64,000 bases of DNA from an uncultured Candidatus Peribacteria bacterium (GTDB lineage: Bacteria > Patescibacteriota > Gracilibacteria > Peribacterales > Peribacteraceae): positions 44,015 through 108,014 of the forward strand of contig CAZWNJ010000003.1 of assembly GCA_964635215.1 (NCBI GenBank), given 5' to 3'. This document shows positions 61,094 through 64,000 of the stretch, in pieces. A model generated the notes under the pieces. It ran no database searches, was not told the origin of the DNA, and saw nothing but the letters and a program-made list of their open reading frames with translations. Both the position numbers and the translations under genes were made by a program. How positions within the stretch are numbered: position 1 is the stretch's first letter; each line of letters begins with the position of its first letter.

Positions 61094-61879
61094 ATGGAAA
61101 CGCCGTACCACACTCTCGTCGCGAAGCTCACGGAACTGGAGCAATCGCTCGTCTACACGCAGAACGACTACCGCGGGCGGGGCGACACGAACGAATATCG
61201 GGCCGGAGCAGAGTGGGAAATGCTCAATCGCACGCTGGGTGACGCATCGGCAGCTGTTCGCGCTCTCGAACCATTGGACCAGACATTCGAACAACGCATC
61301 GAAGCCGTACGTGATGAACGCCTGGCGGGACGCGCCCAGCCTGCCCGGCGTGATGCTCTCGACGAACGACGTGAAATCATCGACGACCTCCTCATCACCA
61401 CACGCACACTCCTCCGTTTCGTGAATTTTGACGGACGCAGCGAGACGCCAATACAGCGCGACCCGAAGGCAATGTGCGTTCGCGATTACGAGGAAAGCGA
61501 CGCCCGCCTCATCTGCGCCCTCGAGCGAATCATTCATAAGCAACGGGCCTGGACCGAAGATCGCATGAATGCCTGGCTGGGCAGTGACGACTGGAAGCAG
61601 GGCGTCAGCGATATCCGCATTCTTGAAGATTGCGAAGATCCAACCAAGCCTCGCCTCATCGGCTACTACGCCTGGCGACGTGATGAACTCCCCGTCCGCT
61701 ACGTCCGCAGCGCACGGCCGGCGGAGTCGCATGTCCAACACCTCGTCATCGAATCCGGCACGACAGTCGGCTCGTATCGCAACCACGGCGTCGACCGCGT
61801 CGTGTCCTTCATCCTCCGCGACTTGAAAGACGCCGGCATCTTCCGTCTGGCAGACGGAGTCGATGAGGCGCACAAGTGA
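61094..61879 (+). CDS. hypothetical protein
   Basis: 261 aa. TTGACG-17-TTTAAT promoter with 8 nt to the ATG. No motif recognised. Confidence 0.5.
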   Translation: METPYHTLVAKLTELEQSLVYTQNDYRGRGDTNEYRAGAEWEMLNRTLGDASAAVRALEPLDQTFEQRIEAVRDERLAGRAQPARRDALDERREIIDDLLITTRTLLRFVNFDGRSETPIQRDPKAMCVRDYEESDARLICALERIIHKQRAWTEDRMNAWLGSDDWKQGVSDIRILEDCEDPTKPRLIGYYAWRRDELPVRYVRSARPAESHVQHLVIESGTTVGSYRNHGVDRVVSFILRDLKDAGIFRLADGVDEAHK

Positions 61880-61921
61880 CAGATGCCGGTTTTTCTTTGC
61901 ACACAGGGCTAAACGCTCCGC

Positions 61922-61927
61922 TACACT
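61922..61927 (+). promoter_or_regulatory. -10 box TACACT, 6 nt before GTG 61934
   Basis: Motif spacing only. Confidence 0.4.
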
Positions 61928-61933
61928 GTCCCC

Positions 61934-63271
61934 GTGGCCAAGCTCCCGCTCGTCGCCATCATCGGCCGGCCGAACACCGGTAAATCGAGCCTCTTCAACG
62001 CGCTCTTGGGCGAGAAGCGGGCGATTGTGAGCGACATCCCCGGCACGACGCGCGATCAGGTGGCCGCGCGCATCACTGGCGAGCGGGTGGATTACCTCCT
62101 CATCGACACCGCGGGCATCGGCGGCGGTTCGTCTGACACGGAGCTCGAAGACGACGTCACCGCCCAGACGACACTGGCCCTTGAACGCAGTGACGTTATT
62201 CTCTTTACAGTCAACGGGCGCGAGGAACTAACACGCAGTGACTCCGTCGTCGCCGACCTGCTTCGCAAGCGCACGAAACGTCATGTGCCGATCGTGCTTG
62301 TGGCGACAAAGTGTGACAACGCCAAAATCGAAGTCGAAGCCATCGCTCGTGTGGCCGAACTGGGACTGGGCGAAACAACAGTCGCCGTGAGCGTCACGCA
62401 GGGGCCCGGCGTCGGCGACCTGGAGAGCGTCATCGAAGAAAAGCTCGCCAGCCTGCACTTCGCCAAAGCCGAGGACAGCGAGAGTGACGTCCCGCGCGTC
62501 GCCCTCATCGGCAAACCGAATGTCGGCAAGAGCTCGATCGTGAATGCCCTCATGTCGGACACGCAGAAGGAAGGCACGGCCCGCCTTGTCTCGGCGGTGC
62601 CCGGCACGACGCGCGACGCGTCGGATACGACAATCAAGCACGCCGACAAATCGTACATCTTCGTGGACACGGCGGGACTGCGGCAACAGACGAAGCGCGA
62701 GGATGACATCGAGTACTGGAGCGCGCTCCGCAGTATCCAGGCCATCGACCAAGCCGATGTCGTCCTGCTCGTCCTTGCCGCCGACGAACCCATCAGCCGC
62801 CAGGACAAGCGCATCGCCCGCCAGGCGCTGGATGCCGGCAAGGGGCTCATTCTCATCTTGAACAAAAGCGACCTCCTCGTGGCCGGCGGCAAGGAAGAAA
62901 AAGCGGTGGAGATCCGCAAAGAACTCTTCTACTGCAAGTTCTGTCCGATCTTCGCCGTCTCGGCCAAGGACCGCGAGGGTCTGGTGAAGATCTTCCCGGT
63001 CATCGACCTCATCGTCGAGAACCGCAAGCGCCGCCTGCCGACGCGCGAACTCGTACGCTGGTACCAGAATGCTATTCAAGGCCGACCGCTCGGCGCGGCC
63101 GCCGGTGGCAAGTACATCACCCAGGCCGAAGAGGTTCCGCCGACCTTCGTCCTCTTCCTGCGTAACCCGAAGGACGTTCATGGCACACAGCTGCGCACGC
63201 TGGAAAACAATCTGCGCTCCACGTTCTCGTTCGACGGAGTGCCGATTCGCTGGGTCTTAAAGGAAAGCTGA
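61934..63271 (+). CDS. der: ribosome-associated GTPase Der/EngA (two GTPase domains plus KH-like domain)
   Basis: GRPNTGKSS and GKPNVGKSS P-loops, DTAG twice, NKCD/NKSD. Confidence 0.93.
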   Translation: MAKLPLVAIIGRPNTGKSSLFNALLGEKRAIVSDIPGTTRDQVAARITGERVDYLLIDTAGIGGGSSDTELEDDVTAQTTLALERSDVILFTVNGREELTRSDSVVADLLRKRTKRHVPIVLVATKCDNAKIEVEAIARVAELGLGETTVAVSVTQGPGVGDLESVIEEKLASLHFAKAEDSESDVPRVALIGKPNVGKSSIVNALMSDTQKEGTARLVSAVPGTTRDASDTTIKHADKSYIFVDTAGLRQQTKREDDIEYWSALRSIQAIDQADVVLLVLAADEPISRQDKRIARQALDAGKGLILILNKSDLLVAGGKEEKAVEIRKELFYCKFCPIFAVSAKDREGLVKIFPVIDLIVENRKRRLPTRELVRWYQNAIQGRPLGAAAGGKYITQAEEVPPTFVLFLRNPKDVHGTQLRTLENNLRSTFSFDGVPIRWVLKES

Positions 63272-63272
63272 A

Positions 63273-63902
63273 TCAACCGGCGATCTTCTTGTCACGAACG
63301 CGACTGTCTTCGCGTACCGGCAACGGGAAGGCGCGAATGGCAGTCTCCAGTTTATCGAGTAGCTTAATCGGATCGTCGTCGAAGACCATGTTCGGCGGAA
63401 TCTCGCGCTTACACAGATCGCGGATAATCGTTTCGACGTGGTTACTGATACCACCAGAGTTCGTGATGACGCCGATCGGACGACCTTCATCGTAGGCAAT
63501 CGTGAGCTCATTCAGCGTGCCAACGCCGCCACTGACGATAACCACACCATCCGCTGAACGGATGTTGATTACGTCACGTTCCATGAAGCCAAGACCAGTG
63601 TAGATGATAAGATCGTGGTCGTGCGGTGATAGGTACTCGTTCACGTGCTCGAATTCCGAGAAGGCCGGGGAGATACCAATTGTAAAACCACCCACTTCTT
63701 TGGCAGCAAGCATTGCGTCGTGCGGCAAGCCAGGACAGGCGCCATTGATGAAGATATGTCCGCGCGATCCGATCTCGCGACCGATGATGCGAGCTTTCTC
63801 GCGCGACACAGGATCTTCGATCAGAGGGCCGCTCGCCGCACCCATCACGCCGATCTTCAGCCGGTGGTAGTGTGATGTTCCTTTCCCGGAAGCTGGATTC
63901 AT
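63273..63902 (-). CDS. LOG/TIGR00725-family Rossmann-fold protein
   Basis: KIGVMGAASG..., GGFTIGISP, VIVSGGVGTLNELT (PGGxGTxxE-like). Confidence 0.7.
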   Translation of the reverse strand: MNPASGKGTSHYHRLKIGVMGAASGPLIEDPVSREKARIIGREIGSRGHIFINGACPGLPHDAMLAAKEVGGFTIGISPAFSEFEHVNEYLSPHDHDLIIYTGLGFMERDVINIRSADGVVIVSGGVGTLNELTIAYDEGRPIGVITNSGGISNHVETIIRDLCKREIPPNMVFDDDPIKLLDKLETAIRAFPLPVREDSRVRDKKIAG

Positions 63903-63922
63903 AGCACTTGGAAAGCACTTCT

Positions 63923-63931
63923 ATTCTAGCA
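63923..63931 (-). promoter_or_regulatory. extended -10 TGCTAGAAT (minus strand), 20 nt before ATG 63902
   Basis: Third copy of the same 9-mer in the window. Confidence 0.45.
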
Positions 63932-64000
63932 AAAAACCGCCTCTTTCGCTAGTAGTTGACCTCTTTCTGACTATGTACATTTATTTTTTATTATTGTATA

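Overview
High-GC (roughly 60% by eye) bacterial chromosomal window, densely coding on both strands. It uses the standard code: TGA, TAA and TAG all act as stops. Housekeeping genes recognised: groES-groEL, tmk, folD, prfA, mnmA, dgkA, greA, holA, csrA, ftsK, rdgB, a dnaG-rpoD operon, an RsmF-like methyltransferase, leuS and der. There are three tRNAs: Leu-CAG, Leu-UAA and Tyr-GUA. Cell-surface genes are interspersed: four SLH-domain proteins, a sortase and a dockerin/cohesin operon. There is also a MarR-controlled MacAB-type efflux operon and many lineage-specific hypothetical genes. The gene content (DUF5671-like membrane protein, helicase-nuclease fusion, few biosynthetic genes) suggests a reduced-genome monoderm or CPR-like lineage, but that is inference. 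I recognised no rRNA, CRISPR array, transposase, integrase or reverse transcriptase. Observations most worth follow-up: (1) an orphan promoter plus intrinsic terminator and GGA-loop hairpins in the 420-bp leader of an uncharacterised 462-aa gene, 0.75 kb from an orphan csrA; (2) that gene plus an M24 peptidase, bracketed by inverted cupin paralogs; (3) a full-length but catalytically degenerate CarB homolog with no carA nearby; (4) RpoD with a C-terminal zinc-ribbon extension; (5) a -10 box 6-9 nt upstream of many start codons, implying leaderless mRNAs, often with an extended TGn -10; (6) an AT-rich HEPN-like gene abutting the groEL terminator; (7) a tandem duplicated 3' half of tRNA-Leu; (8) a translationally coupled dockerin / cohesin-FN3 / cupredoxin-like surface operon. 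All functional calls come from reading the translations by eye. No database search was run.
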